A stretch of DNA of 64,000 nucleotides, taken from NCBI GenBank assembly GCA_018062205.1, contig JAGOSP010000002.1, positions 12,257 through 76,256 on the forward strand, read 5' to 3'. A model generated the notes under the pieces. The model had not been told where the DNA came from. It was given only the letters and a program-made list of their open reading frames with translations, and made no database searches. Source of the DNA: Candidatus Moraniibacteriota bacterium. GTDB taxonomy: Bacteria > Patescibacteriota > Minisyncoccia > Moranbacterales > UBA1568. Positions 1 through 8,224 of the stretch are shown one piece after another (position 1 is the first letter of the stretch; each line of letters begins with the position of its first letter). The position numbers and the translations under genes are program-made.

Positions 1-206
1 CCACGGAGCTCCTTTAAAACTTCTAAACCAGACATCTCTGGAATGACTAAATCAAGCAAAATAATATCAAATTTCTGATCCGCAACTGCTTTGAGAACCG
101 AACGTCCATTTGTAATATTGAGCACTTCAAATCCTGATGATTCAAATTTTTTCTTGTAAATATCCGCAATAAAAGAATCATCTTCTACTAACAATATCTT
201 TGCCAT
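1..206 (-). CDS. Response regulator receiver domain protein (partial; N-terminal ~68 aa inside window, gene continues past window start)
   Basis: Reverse-strand translation from ATG at 204-206 gives MAKILLVEDDSFIADIYKKKFESSGFEVLNITNGRSVLKAVADQKFDIILLDLVIPEMSGLEVLKELR, a canonical CheY-like receiver with the phospho-acceptor Asp (ILLDL). It lies immediately upstream of the histidine kinase. Confidence 0.7.
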   Translation of the reverse strand, partial: MAKILLVEDDSFIADIYKKKFESSGFEVLNITNGRSVLKAVADQKFDIILLDLVIPEMSGLEVLKELR

Positions 207-250
207 ATCAAAAAAGAAAAGTATTACTTTCTGCAAACCACTTCTTCATA

Positions 251-1930
251 CTACACGGAATCTCTCGAAATCGGAAGTTCGAAGATAAACGATGCCCCAT
301 GCCCATGACCTTCTGATTCCGCCCAAAGACGCCCTCCGTGCTTCTCAATAAAAGTACGTCCGACGTACAGACCAAGTCCAGTTCCACCGACATACAGTTT
401 TTCCGTTTCCTTACTTCGAGCAAATTTCAAAAAGATGTGTTCCAAATCTTCCTGCTTAATCCCGATACCCGTATCTTTAATTGATAGCCGAACCTTTTCA
501 TCATCCACTTGTTCCACCTTAACTATTACCGAGCCCTTTTCGCTATATTTAACAGCGTTATCAATAAGGTTTGATATCACTTCACGAATCTTTCCAGCAT
601 CAAGAGACAAAAGGGGCAGTGGCATTTCCGGAAGAATCATCTCAAGCTGAATACCCTGTTTCTTTGCGATTACCGCAAACATACTCATTGTTTCTTTGAC
701 TATATCTTCCAGTCGTCCTAATTGAAAATTATACTGCATCCTTCCTGATTCGAGTCTTGAAATCGAAAGTAAATTCTCCACAAGATCAATAAGACGACTA
801 TTTGCTGAATACACTTTGTTGATCACGTCCTGAATCTGATTATCAACCTTTCCGTAGCTCCCTTCGAGAATAAGTGAGGTATACCCTTTGATGGCAGTCA
901 GCGGTGTCCGAAGTTGATGCGACGCAATCGAAATGAACTCCGATTTGGCGTTATCCAAACGTTTCAATTCTTGATTTGCAACAGCAAGCCGGTCGGATAT
1001 CTGCTGCAACTCTTCCTTTCTCTCGACTTCATTTTTTACTGAGCGAACCAGAAACCACCCAAAACCTATCGCGAGAAGAAACGTAATGCCCGTCAAAGCA
1101 AAATTTGCGTTTGTTCTCACGAAGAAAAACTGTGAACCAATAAGAAGGACTAGAGCTACAACTAACGCTTGCGTTCCTAAAAGTTTAATATTAAATGCTT
1201 GAAACTTCACGATCAAATAGGCCAAAAAACCAATGAAGACAGGCATTCCAAATAAACCATACTGCTCCGTACCCCACTCTAAGGTCAGGCTTCCAAACAG
1301 ATTTCCCCAAGAAAATGCGACCAGAAAGAAAAAGATACCAAAAAATAATGCGCGCTGTCGCCCTCTTTCAACGAGATTATTTGTTCTCCAGTATTTGATA
1401 AAAAAATACACAGCTATCCAGAGTAATATGGTCATCTGAATAACAGAAGAGTAATGAGCGAGTCTCCCTTGAATCGCCTCGCAATTCTGTACATCGAACC
1501 CTGTAACAAGATAGCTGGTGGACAAAAAAATAATAAGCGGGGATACCAATAAACCACCAATCACTTCACTCCAAAATGGTGGTTCTTTTTTTTCAAGAAA
1601 AGCATAGGAAAAGAAAAGTGAGGATAAGAGTATCATGCCCTGCAAAAAATAAAGCATAGGCCAATAAAACATAATCACACTCCCGTTCACACTAGTCCAA
1701 AGCACTATATCAACGAAACTCCATAGGGCAAAAAAAACTGACATAAAAAGCAAGGCACCACTCGCCAGTGTCCTGCTCTTCCAGTAAACAAATATTCCGA
1801 GCAATAAAGCAACAAGAGCCGTGGGAATATGAGAATAATACAATACAGGTGATAAAGCAATGTGGCAAGACTCAATATTACTAATAAGATTGAAATCCAT
1901 GATACTTGTGTTATTTATGGTTTGATCCAA
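251..1930 (-). CDS. Sensor histidine kinase (multi-TM N-terminal sensor, HisKA, HATPase_c)
   Basis: 559-aa ORF. The N-terminal ~300 aa contain multiple hydrophobic helices. H-box SHQLRTPLTAIKGY, N-box NLIDNAVKYS and G-boxes DTGIGI / GGTGLGL are present. The start may be the internal Met at ~1900 (MDFNLISN), which would remove the 16-nt overlap with the next gene. Confidence 0.8.
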   Translation of the reverse strand: MDQTINNTSIMDFNLISNIESCHIALSPVLYYSHIPTALVALLLGIFVYWKSRTLASGALLFMSVFFALWSFVDIVLWTSVNGSVIMFYWPMLYFLQGMILLSSLFFSYAFLEKKEPPFWSEVIGGLLVSPLIIFLSTSYLVTGFDVQNCEAIQGRLAHYSSVIQMTILLWIAVYFFIKYWRTNNLVERGRQRALFFGIFFFLVAFSWGNLFGSLTLEWGTEQYGLFGMPVFIGFLAYLIVKFQAFNIKLLGTQALVVALVLLIGSQFFFVRTNANFALTGITFLLAIGFGWFLVRSVKNEVERKEELQQISDRLAVANQELKRLDNAKSEFISIASHQLRTPLTAIKGYTSLILEGSYGKVDNQIQDVINKVYSANSRLIDLVENLLSISRLESGRMQYNFQLGRLEDIVKETMSMFAVIAKKQGIQLEMILPEMPLPLLSLDAGKIREVISNLIDNAVKYSEKGSVIVKVEQVDDEKVRLSIKDTGIGIKQEDLEHIFLKFARSKETEKLYVGGTGLGLYVGRTFIEKHGGRLWAESEGHGHGASFIFELPISRDSV

Positions 1931-3213
1931 CCAAGATTGTGAAGTGTTTTCTTATCTTCGCTGATAAATTTTTCACCAATATCAGTTCGATAAAACATCT
2001 TTGGTACAATTATACTATCAATGAGTGCGTATGCTTGCAAGCGAGCCTCCTCAGCTGTTGGTCCCACTCCTGCTACAAATGCTAATTCACCAGTCACTCC
2101 AGCAACACGATGTTTACCATTCTCAAAACGTACTTGCTGAAAACATAACCGAGAATACTCATCATCTGAAAGTTGCCGTTTGAGAAAAACAATAACCCCC
2201 TCTAATAAATGTTCCGGATCAACACGCGTGTATGAAAAGAAAGGAAAAGGAGGAACCACCAATGACACCACTATACCGTACTCTTTTTTATATTGTAAAT
2301 CATACGCTTCTCCATCAGCAAGCGCTTTTAAAAATTCCCCCCACGGAGAGATCTGTAGCGCTGACTGCAAATGGATTGTCGGACATCCAAAACGCATGGT
2401 CGCTTCGAGAGGCCATACTCCATCCTTATTCACGATACAATTAATATCTGCATATCCTTTAAAAGATACTTTTTGAAGGTGTGACTTCAATTTAGCGAGT
2501 GTCTCTATAAATAGCGGACTCTCTTCTGCTGCTTCATACCACATCAGTGTCCCCATCTCACCAGTCATGGGTCCTATATTCCCATTGAAGAGCGGTTTGT
2601 GTTCAAAATTAATACACGCCGGTCCAACCCAGTCTCTTCCATTAAAAAATCGCCCAACAGCAACTTCCACTCCTTGTAGCTTCTGCTGTAAAGAAATATT
2701 TTTAATACCAAGATGTTTATAGTTCTCCAAAACACTCAACACGTCACGTCCATCAGACATCATGCCAACATAATTCAATGTACTTTGATGGTCGCTCTGC
2801 TTTACTACCCAACAACCGCCCTCTTTCGAAACAAAATCTATTGCTTCATCAGGGTTTGAAAAACTCAGCAGCTTCGTTACAGTCATGCCTGATTGAGAGA
2901 AAATAGCATGTCCAAATTCACGATCTAATTCCAAATGGTCACCCCCGGCACTACCACCGATAACACTGAAACCATCCAGACGAAGTTTATCTTGTATTTC
3001 ACCATATCCAACATCGTCAAAAACAATCAGACCCTCCTTGCCAACCCAAGGAAGCTCGCGTCTCCAGTCATCCACCTTCTCAACCATTCCAGTAAGACAT
3101 GTGCTTTGTAATTCACTATCAATGAACAATTTTACGTTATGTCCTTCTCTTTTTAATCGAACAACTAAATCGGCACCAATCAGACTCTGAGAAAGTATAG
3201 CGAGTATATTCAT
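1915..3213 (-). CDS. PurD-like ATP-grasp enzyme (phosphoribosylamine--glycine ligase family)
   Basis: 432 aa. Motifs align to GAR synthetase: GPMTGEMG (vs GPNTGGMG), LEATMRFGCPT (vs IEFNCRFGDPE) and C-terminal GELAFVAGVGPTAEEARLQAYALI (vs GGRVLCVTALGHTVAEAQKRAYAL). No other purine-biosynthesis genes are nearby. Confidence 0.6.
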   Translation of the reverse strand: MNILAILSQSLIGADLVVRLKREGHNVKLFIDSELQSTCLTGMVEKVDDWRRELPWVGKEGLIVFDDVGYGEIQDKLRLDGFSVIGGSAGGDHLELDREFGHAIFSQSGMTVTKLLSFSNPDEAIDFVSKEGGCWVVKQSDHQSTLNYVGMMSDGRDVLSVLENYKHLGIKNISLQQKLQGVEVAVGRFFNGRDWVGPACINFEHKPLFNGNIGPMTGEMGTLMWYEAAEESPLFIETLAKLKSHLQKVSFKGYADINCIVNKDGVWPLEATMRFGCPTIHLQSALQISPWGEFLKALADGEAYDLQYKKEYGIVVSLVVPPFPFFSYTRVDPEHLLEGVIVFLKRQLSDDEYSRLCFQQVRFENGKHRVAGVTGELAFVAGVGPTAEEARLQAYALIDSIIVPKMFYRTDIGEKFISEDKKTLHNLGWIKP

Positions 3214-3342
3214 AGTTTTGTTTCGTTAATATGCAAACCGCTTCTTCGTAAAAACGCCCTAAGGGAACCTCCTCTAAAAAACTTCTCCTCTGACTACTAA
3301 TGATACCCTCGTAAAAATAGATACACTCCACTGCTTTTTTAT

Positions 3343-4326
3343 TTAAGCGACAAATGCAACAGCAACCACAAGACAAACCGTTGCAAAAACCTTAACACTC
3401 GCACCAGAAACCTGTTTTAGAAGAACTTGTTTTACAACACGATTCTGTCGGCTTGTGACTCGATACAACCAAATAAGAGCAACGCTGATTAGTATGATAA
3501 AAATTGGTACAAGCGCTTCAATGACTACGATAAAGGTTGCTGATGGTGCCAAACTAAGAGCGCGTTGGGAAGTGACTGTTCCGATAAAATAGAGTCCTTC
3601 TGAGATAATGAACCAAACGAAATTTTTCTTTGTTAAAGAAACAATCTCGCGGAACCGAACAAAAAAACCACTCCGATATTTAAGCGCTAAAATCATAAGA
3701 GAGCCGATCGACGAGCTGACACAAAAAATAAGCAACACATCAAAAAAATTACCCCCTGCGTATGCCTCCTTAGAAAATATCATACTGAGTGAAAAAAGGA
3801 TTGTCGCCCCAATCATCGGAAGTGAAAAATTCCTCATCTTAACACCTCGTATAATCTTTTGATAAAAAGCAAGTGCAAGTACACCGAAAAAGGAGAGGAG
3901 AACTCCAATATAATGCCGAAACTCTAGAACCTCCCCAAAAAGTAACCAAGCCAAAAAAGGCACTACTGGCACAGTGAAATTCCAAAAAGTCTGTGCGAGC
4001 GAAGAATCATTATCATTAAATAATGCTGTAAAGTAACAATAGAATGATCCAATAAAAACTAATCCCGCGCTCGCTGCGAAAAAAAACACCTCCGATGATG
4101 GAAGTGAAAACTGAACAATGCCCAATAAGACGAGTAGAAGAGGAAGTGACTGGAAAACTCCAGAAACGACAATTGCATCATATTTATCCCGATACCAGTT
4201 CACAACAAAATAGCTATCCAGGACAGCCGTAAGAGCCCATAAAAAAGGTGCGACTAAAGCGATAAGCAACCAAGAGTGTTCCATGTAATACGCTTCTTTT
4301 AAAAAATTAAAAAATTCTCTCTCCAA
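3343..4326 (-). CDS. Polytopic membrane protein (about 10 TM; possible DMT/EamA-like transporter)
   Basis: 327-aa ORF almost entirely hydrophobic helices. No soluble domain or catalytic motif recognised. Confidence 0.4.
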   Translation of the reverse strand: MEREFFNFLKEAYYMEHSWLLIALVAPFLWALTAVLDSYFVVNWYRDKYDAIVVSGVFQSLPLLLVLLGIVQFSLPSSEVFFFAASAGLVFIGSFYCYFTALFNDNDSSLAQTFWNFTVPVVPFLAWLLFGEVLEFRHYIGVLLSFFGVLALAFYQKIIRGVKMRNFSLPMIGATILFSLSMIFSKEAYAGGNFFDVLLIFCVSSSIGSLMILALKYRSGFFVRFREIVSLTKKNFVWFIISEGLYFIGTVTSQRALSLAPSATFIVVIEALVPIFIILISVALIWLYRVTSRQNRVVKQVLLKQVSGASVKVFATVCLVVAVAFVA

Positions 4327-4356
4327 TTTTCATGCGAAAGCCTATCGAGTATCTTC

Positions 4357-4872
4357 TCACAATTCACTCTCTGGCAAGGAATCCGCTTGCGATCCTTCTG
4401 CTTCAACACTACTGTCATCGATTGTTTCAGACTCCTCTGAGGACCCCTCTTCCGGCAATTCCTCCACCACCGGGTGCTCGTTCATATATGTCTCCGGATC
4501 AGAACAGATACTATCTTCCATCGATGCATCACAAAAAACCACCCGACAGTCTTCCTCTCCTGCCTGGCACACCGAAACTAAACAATCTGATTCCTGCGGA
4601 TCGCACAACGGTATATTCTTCGCATTTCGATGCAGCAACTTATAATACGAAGTATCCTCTTCTGAATTCCCCGTACACTCTTCGCCGCTTTCGGAATCAC
4701 ATACCAAAATAAAACACTTCTCAACCATCGGGTCACAACTCACCTGTGCCTCAATAACGTAGTCTTTGACTATTATATAGCGATAATAAGTCGCCAATAC
4801 TGAACCAATCAACAAGAAAGAAAAAACAAGAAAAAATATCTTCGACTTCTTATCCATAGGAAGCTCACTCAA
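4357..4872 (-). CDS. Membrane-anchored Cys-rich tandem-repeat protein with acidic C-terminal tail
   Basis: 171 aa with an N-terminal signal-anchor (FFLVFSFLLIGSVLATYY). It carries two copies of a CDP-x4-C-x4-C-x5-EE-C unit (CDPMVEKCFILVCDSESGEEC and CDPQESDCLVSVCQAGEEDC) plus further Cys. The C-terminus is Glu/Asp/Ser-rich (EELPEEGSSEESETIDDSSVEAEGS). Confidence 0.45.
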   Translation of the reverse strand: MSELPMDKKSKIFFLVFSFLLIGSVLATYYRYIIVKDYVIEAQVSCDPMVEKCFILVCDSESGEECTGNSEEDTSYYKLLHRNAKNIPLCDPQESDCLVSVCQAGEEDCRVVFCDASMEDSICSDPETYMNEHPVVEELPEEGSSEESETIDDSSVEAEGSQADSLPESEL

Positions 4873-4952
4873 AATTCAATGATTCAACTTGTATTCTTAT
4901 TCTATCATAAAAAAATCGAATAGGTACTCTTCATTCAAAAAATTAAAATACA

Positions 4953-6302
4953 CTATTTGCAGATTTCTCTGAAAAAACCTTCGTCCGAAAAAACAACACT
5001 CGTCTGTGTCCTTGCTGAAAGATTTTTTACAGCCACGCTTCTTTGGGTTGCTTCGGTTTCGCCAATGAAGGCGACAAAAGGAATCCCTTTTCTTGTTGCG
5101 TATTCAATATGCTTAGCGGCTTTACTTCCGCTTGCAAGACTTATCTCGCATGCGATTCCCCAGTCGCGCAATTGCGATGCAAACTGCTCCGCATAGAGAA
5201 TAGTCGCGTCCTCTGAAGAAAGAGTTGCGATAAGCATCTTCGTGTATGAATGAGGCCCTGGGATAACAACTTGATATCGAAACAATTGAGAAAGAAGTCG
5301 TGTTAATCCAATCGACATACCGACTCCTGGGAAATTTCCCTGGGCAAAAGAGCCAACCAGATCCTCATATCTCCCACCCGAACAGACACTGCCAATTTGT
5401 GGATATTTCACCAGCCGTGTCTCGAAGACCGTCCCTGTGTAATAATCCAGCCCACGCGCGATAGACAAATCAATCACGAGCTCGCTTGGCAAAACACCTT
5501 TTGCAAGCGTCAGATTGACCACCTGTATTAGTTCGGCTACTCCCGCTTGGTACAGCTCATGAGATGACACCGCGAGCAAATCAGCCACACGATCGTGGGC
5601 AATATTTTTTGACAAGAAATCGAGAATCTCCGCGACATCAAAAGACGCGTCATGCACAATTTTTCGCACTTCCTCAATCACCGCTTCCTTTCCGATTTTT
5701 TCAAGCTTATCGATACAACCCATTACTGCGTGATGATGCAGGATTTCAATCCCCTTACTTGAAAGGAATCCCTGGAGAATCTTCCGATTATTAATACAAA
5801 TTTGAAATTCACCGATAGCGAATGACCGAAAAATACCCGCCATTACCGATGGAATCTCCGCATCGCATGAGATCGGCAAAGTTTCCCGTCCCACAATATC
5901 TATATCGCATTGATAAAACTGTCGGAATCGCCCCGCCTGCGCTCGCTCGCCCCGCCACACTGGTTGCATTTGGTATCGTCGAAATGGAAACACTAGATGA
6001 TGTTCATACTGAGCAACATAACGCGCCATTGGCACGGTCAGATCAAAGTGCAAAGCAAGATCATGATCACCGCTCTCAACTGCATCATCTGAAGCATGCA
6101 AACGCCTAATCTTGTAGATTTCTTTTTCGTTCCCACCCTTGGCAATCAATGTACTCGCACGTTCAACTGCCGGCGTCTCCACGGGACAAAAACCATGCAA
6201 TCGAAAAACACGTTGAATTTTTTCCAGAAACTCTTCTTCGATCATTTTCTCGCGAGGGAGCCATTCTGGAAATCCACTAATCGAATGTATATCCGATGCC
6301 AT
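4953..6302 (-). CDS. hisS: Histidyl-tRNA synthetase
   Basis: 449 aa. Class II aaRS motif 2 region RRYQMQPVWRGERAQAGRFRQFYQCDIDIVG is present. Overall HisRS architecture with a C-terminal anticodon-binding domain. Confidence 0.85.
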   Translation of the reverse strand: MASDIHSISGFPEWLPREKMIEEEFLEKIQRVFRLHGFCPVETPAVERASTLIAKGGNEKEIYKIRRLHASDDAVESGDHDLALHFDLTVPMARYVAQYEHHLVFPFRRYQMQPVWRGERAQAGRFRQFYQCDIDIVGRETLPISCDAEIPSVMAGIFRSFAIGEFQICINNRKILQGFLSSKGIEILHHHAVMGCIDKLEKIGKEAVIEEVRKIVHDASFDVAEILDFLSKNIAHDRVADLLAVSSHELYQAGVAELIQVVNLTLAKGVLPSELVIDLSIARGLDYYTGTVFETRLVKYPQIGSVCSGGRYEDLVGSFAQGNFPGVGMSIGLTRLLSQLFRYQVVIPGPHSYTKMLIATLSSEDATILYAEQFASQLRDWGIACEISLASGSKAAKHIEYATRKGIPFVAFIGETEATQRSVAVKNLSARTQTSVVFSDEGFFREICK

Positions 6303-6479
6303 AAAAAAATCTATTAATCAAATTGCTATACGAGAGGATTGTCCTCATACGAGACAGTACCACCGGCATACAAAAACGGCAACTTTTTTTCTCTTGAAGA
6401 TACTTGCTGCAAACAAAAAAGAATGAATGAGATCCGCAAGCCTTTTTCTCTTCACGAGAGATCCCCAAAGACGCATGGC

Positions 6480-6872
6480 TTATCCTAAAAATTCATGTTC
6501 ACCGTTGAACCGAGCTTCCCAGGAAATATAGTTCAACAAAAGAAAAGTAAAAATTGAAACAACAAAGATTCCCGACCGATGACCATGCACTAGGGGTATG
6601 TTTTGAAATATATGATACAAAAGAAAAAATCCCAGCAATGGCAAAAGACCATCCATTACTCGATTGAGAAGTGTTTCATGGATCCCGACCCAAAGCTCAA
6701 AACATTCCCAAGCAAAAGCTACCAGTATAATTCCAAAAAAAAGATACCAAAAATGAACCGGAAAAACACCAAGGAAACTCGCTGCCATTACGCCAAAAAA
6801 GAAATGTGGTACCGACCACACATCAAATATCTTCCCGCGACCATAAAACCGAGACCAAAAATGTTTTTTCAT
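6480..6872 (-). CDS. Small integral membrane protein (3-4 TM), hypothetical
   Basis: 130-aa ORF with hydrophobic stretches FFFGVMAASFLGVFPV, LFFGIILVAFAWECF and IFVVSIFTFLLLNYI. Confidence 0.4.
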   Translation of the reverse strand: MKKHFWSRFYGRGKIFDVWSVPHFFFGVMAASFLGVFPVHFWYLFFGIILVAFAWECFELWVGIHETLLNRVMDGLLPLLGFFLLYHIFQNIPLVHGHRSGIFVVSIFTFLLLNYISWEARFNGEHEFLG

Positions 6873-6939
6873 GTTTTTACTCTATCATCCCAGTGGTGAC
6901 GATGCAAAAAAATCACGTTGAAGACTGCTGCCTACTCCA

Positions 6940-8202
6940 CTATTCATAGAAAAGCTTACTCTCTTTATTATAACGAAGAATAGCTTGATTACTCTTTTTA
7001 ACTAAATCATTATAACTTGAAGCGTGTTGCTCGAGTTTTGCAATAAGGTCATTGTACGGCTTTATTAAAGCATTATATTCTTCGTACTTTTCTTGTTTTT
7101 TCAATTTGGCTAATTGGGCATTGTATCGATCCAGTGTTTTTTCCTCATCCGCAATCACTATACCTCGTTCTTTCAATTCGCGTTTATAGGCATAGATAGT
7201 TTCTTTGAGCTGGGTAAGCTCGTCGCGTGTTCTCAAAGTCTCGATAATTCCGGTGTACTCTTTCCCTGAGATCGCATTCAAAATTTCTACTCGACCCAAT
7301 GCCTGATATTCATTCTCTGATTGATCATGAAGAACATCGCCAATACGGATTTGCGCGGTTGCTACTCGGCTCTCTGAAACTAAAGACGGCACCGTCCCAA
7401 TTTTATTTCCCGTACCCGTTGTCTCAAGAAAACAGTATTCGGAATTATAATTTGCATACTTTGATGGGCAGCGTACCCCTACAGCCATATGATTATCACG
7501 AGGATCAGGAAAAAGGAAAATTGAAACCCCCACTCCTAATTCTTGTAAAAGACGATATGCCAAATAACTCTTATCCTGACACACTCCTTTTTGACTATAG
7601 AGTACTTCGTATGGATATGTTGTTTTCTCATCTTGCCCACCCAGACCGGCTTCCCGACTATTTGTTTTTGTCTGATCGTATGAAATACTCTGAACAAAAG
7701 CAGCCACAAGTTCCACAATCTGATTTTCGTCTAGCCCGTTTTCTTCACCGAGCTTCCGAATTGCCATCGCAATATTAGTGAGCGTCGTATCACCAGGAAC
7801 AGGGGAAAGGAAAAGCGTATTTAACTTTGTCCACCACGCAATATCCCTACTCTCTCCATTTGCAAGCGAAACGCCAGTCGGAAGCGTGGCATAAAACTCA
7901 TAGAACGATGCATGGAATGTTGCGTCAAGAACATAGGTCTTTCCTTGATACTTCCAAGTAAAGTTCTTTTTCTGTGGAATATCTGGCGATGGAAGCACGG
8001 GCGCCCGATCTTCTTCTTTACCAAAAAATACTCCCGTATTCGATTGGTTCGTGGCAATAGATGGAGAGAAAACTAAAACAATTTTCGCTCCAACAAAAAG
8101 TAATGCGCCAAAAGAAACCAACAATAAAAATATCCTCATTTCTCGTCTATATGGTGGCTGAATTTCCCTCAATGGCATTCCCATATTTCCAAGTATACCC
8201 AT
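6940..8202 (-). CDS. Membrane-anchored transglutaminase-like (Cys-protease fold) protein with C-terminal coiled coil
   Basis: Signal-anchor MRIFLLLVSFGALLFVGA. Transglutaminase-core-like G-V-C-Q-D-K-S-Y-L-A motif followed by DNHMAVGV (candidate Cys/His). The C-terminal ~100 aa are heptad-rich (ELTQLKETIYAYKRELKERG...AKLKKQEKYEEYNALIKPYNDLIAKLEQ). Confidence 0.45.
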   Translation of the reverse strand: MGILGNMGMPLREIQPPYRREMRIFLLLVSFGALLFVGAKIVLVFSPSIATNQSNTGVFFGKEEDRAPVLPSPDIPQKKNFTWKYQGKTYVLDATFHASFYEFYATLPTGVSLANGESRDIAWWTKLNTLFLSPVPGDTTLTNIAMAIRKLGEENGLDENQIVELVAAFVQSISYDQTKTNSREAGLGGQDEKTTYPYEVLYSQKGVCQDKSYLAYRLLQELGVGVSIFLFPDPRDNHMAVGVRCPSKYANYNSEYCFLETTGTGNKIGTVPSLVSESRVATAQIRIGDVLHDQSENEYQALGRVEILNAISGKEYTGIIETLRTRDELTQLKETIYAYKRELKERGIVIADEEKTLDRYNAQLAKLKKQEKYEEYNALIKPYNDLIAKLEQHASSYNDLVKKSNQAILRYNKESKLFYE

Positions 8203-8224
8203 CCACGTATCTAAGAGACCGAAA

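Noticed and set aside
208-423. 71-aa minus ORF
   Set aside because: It sits in an alternative frame inside the 3' end of the histidine kinase gene. HATPase motifs are in the 251-1930 frame.
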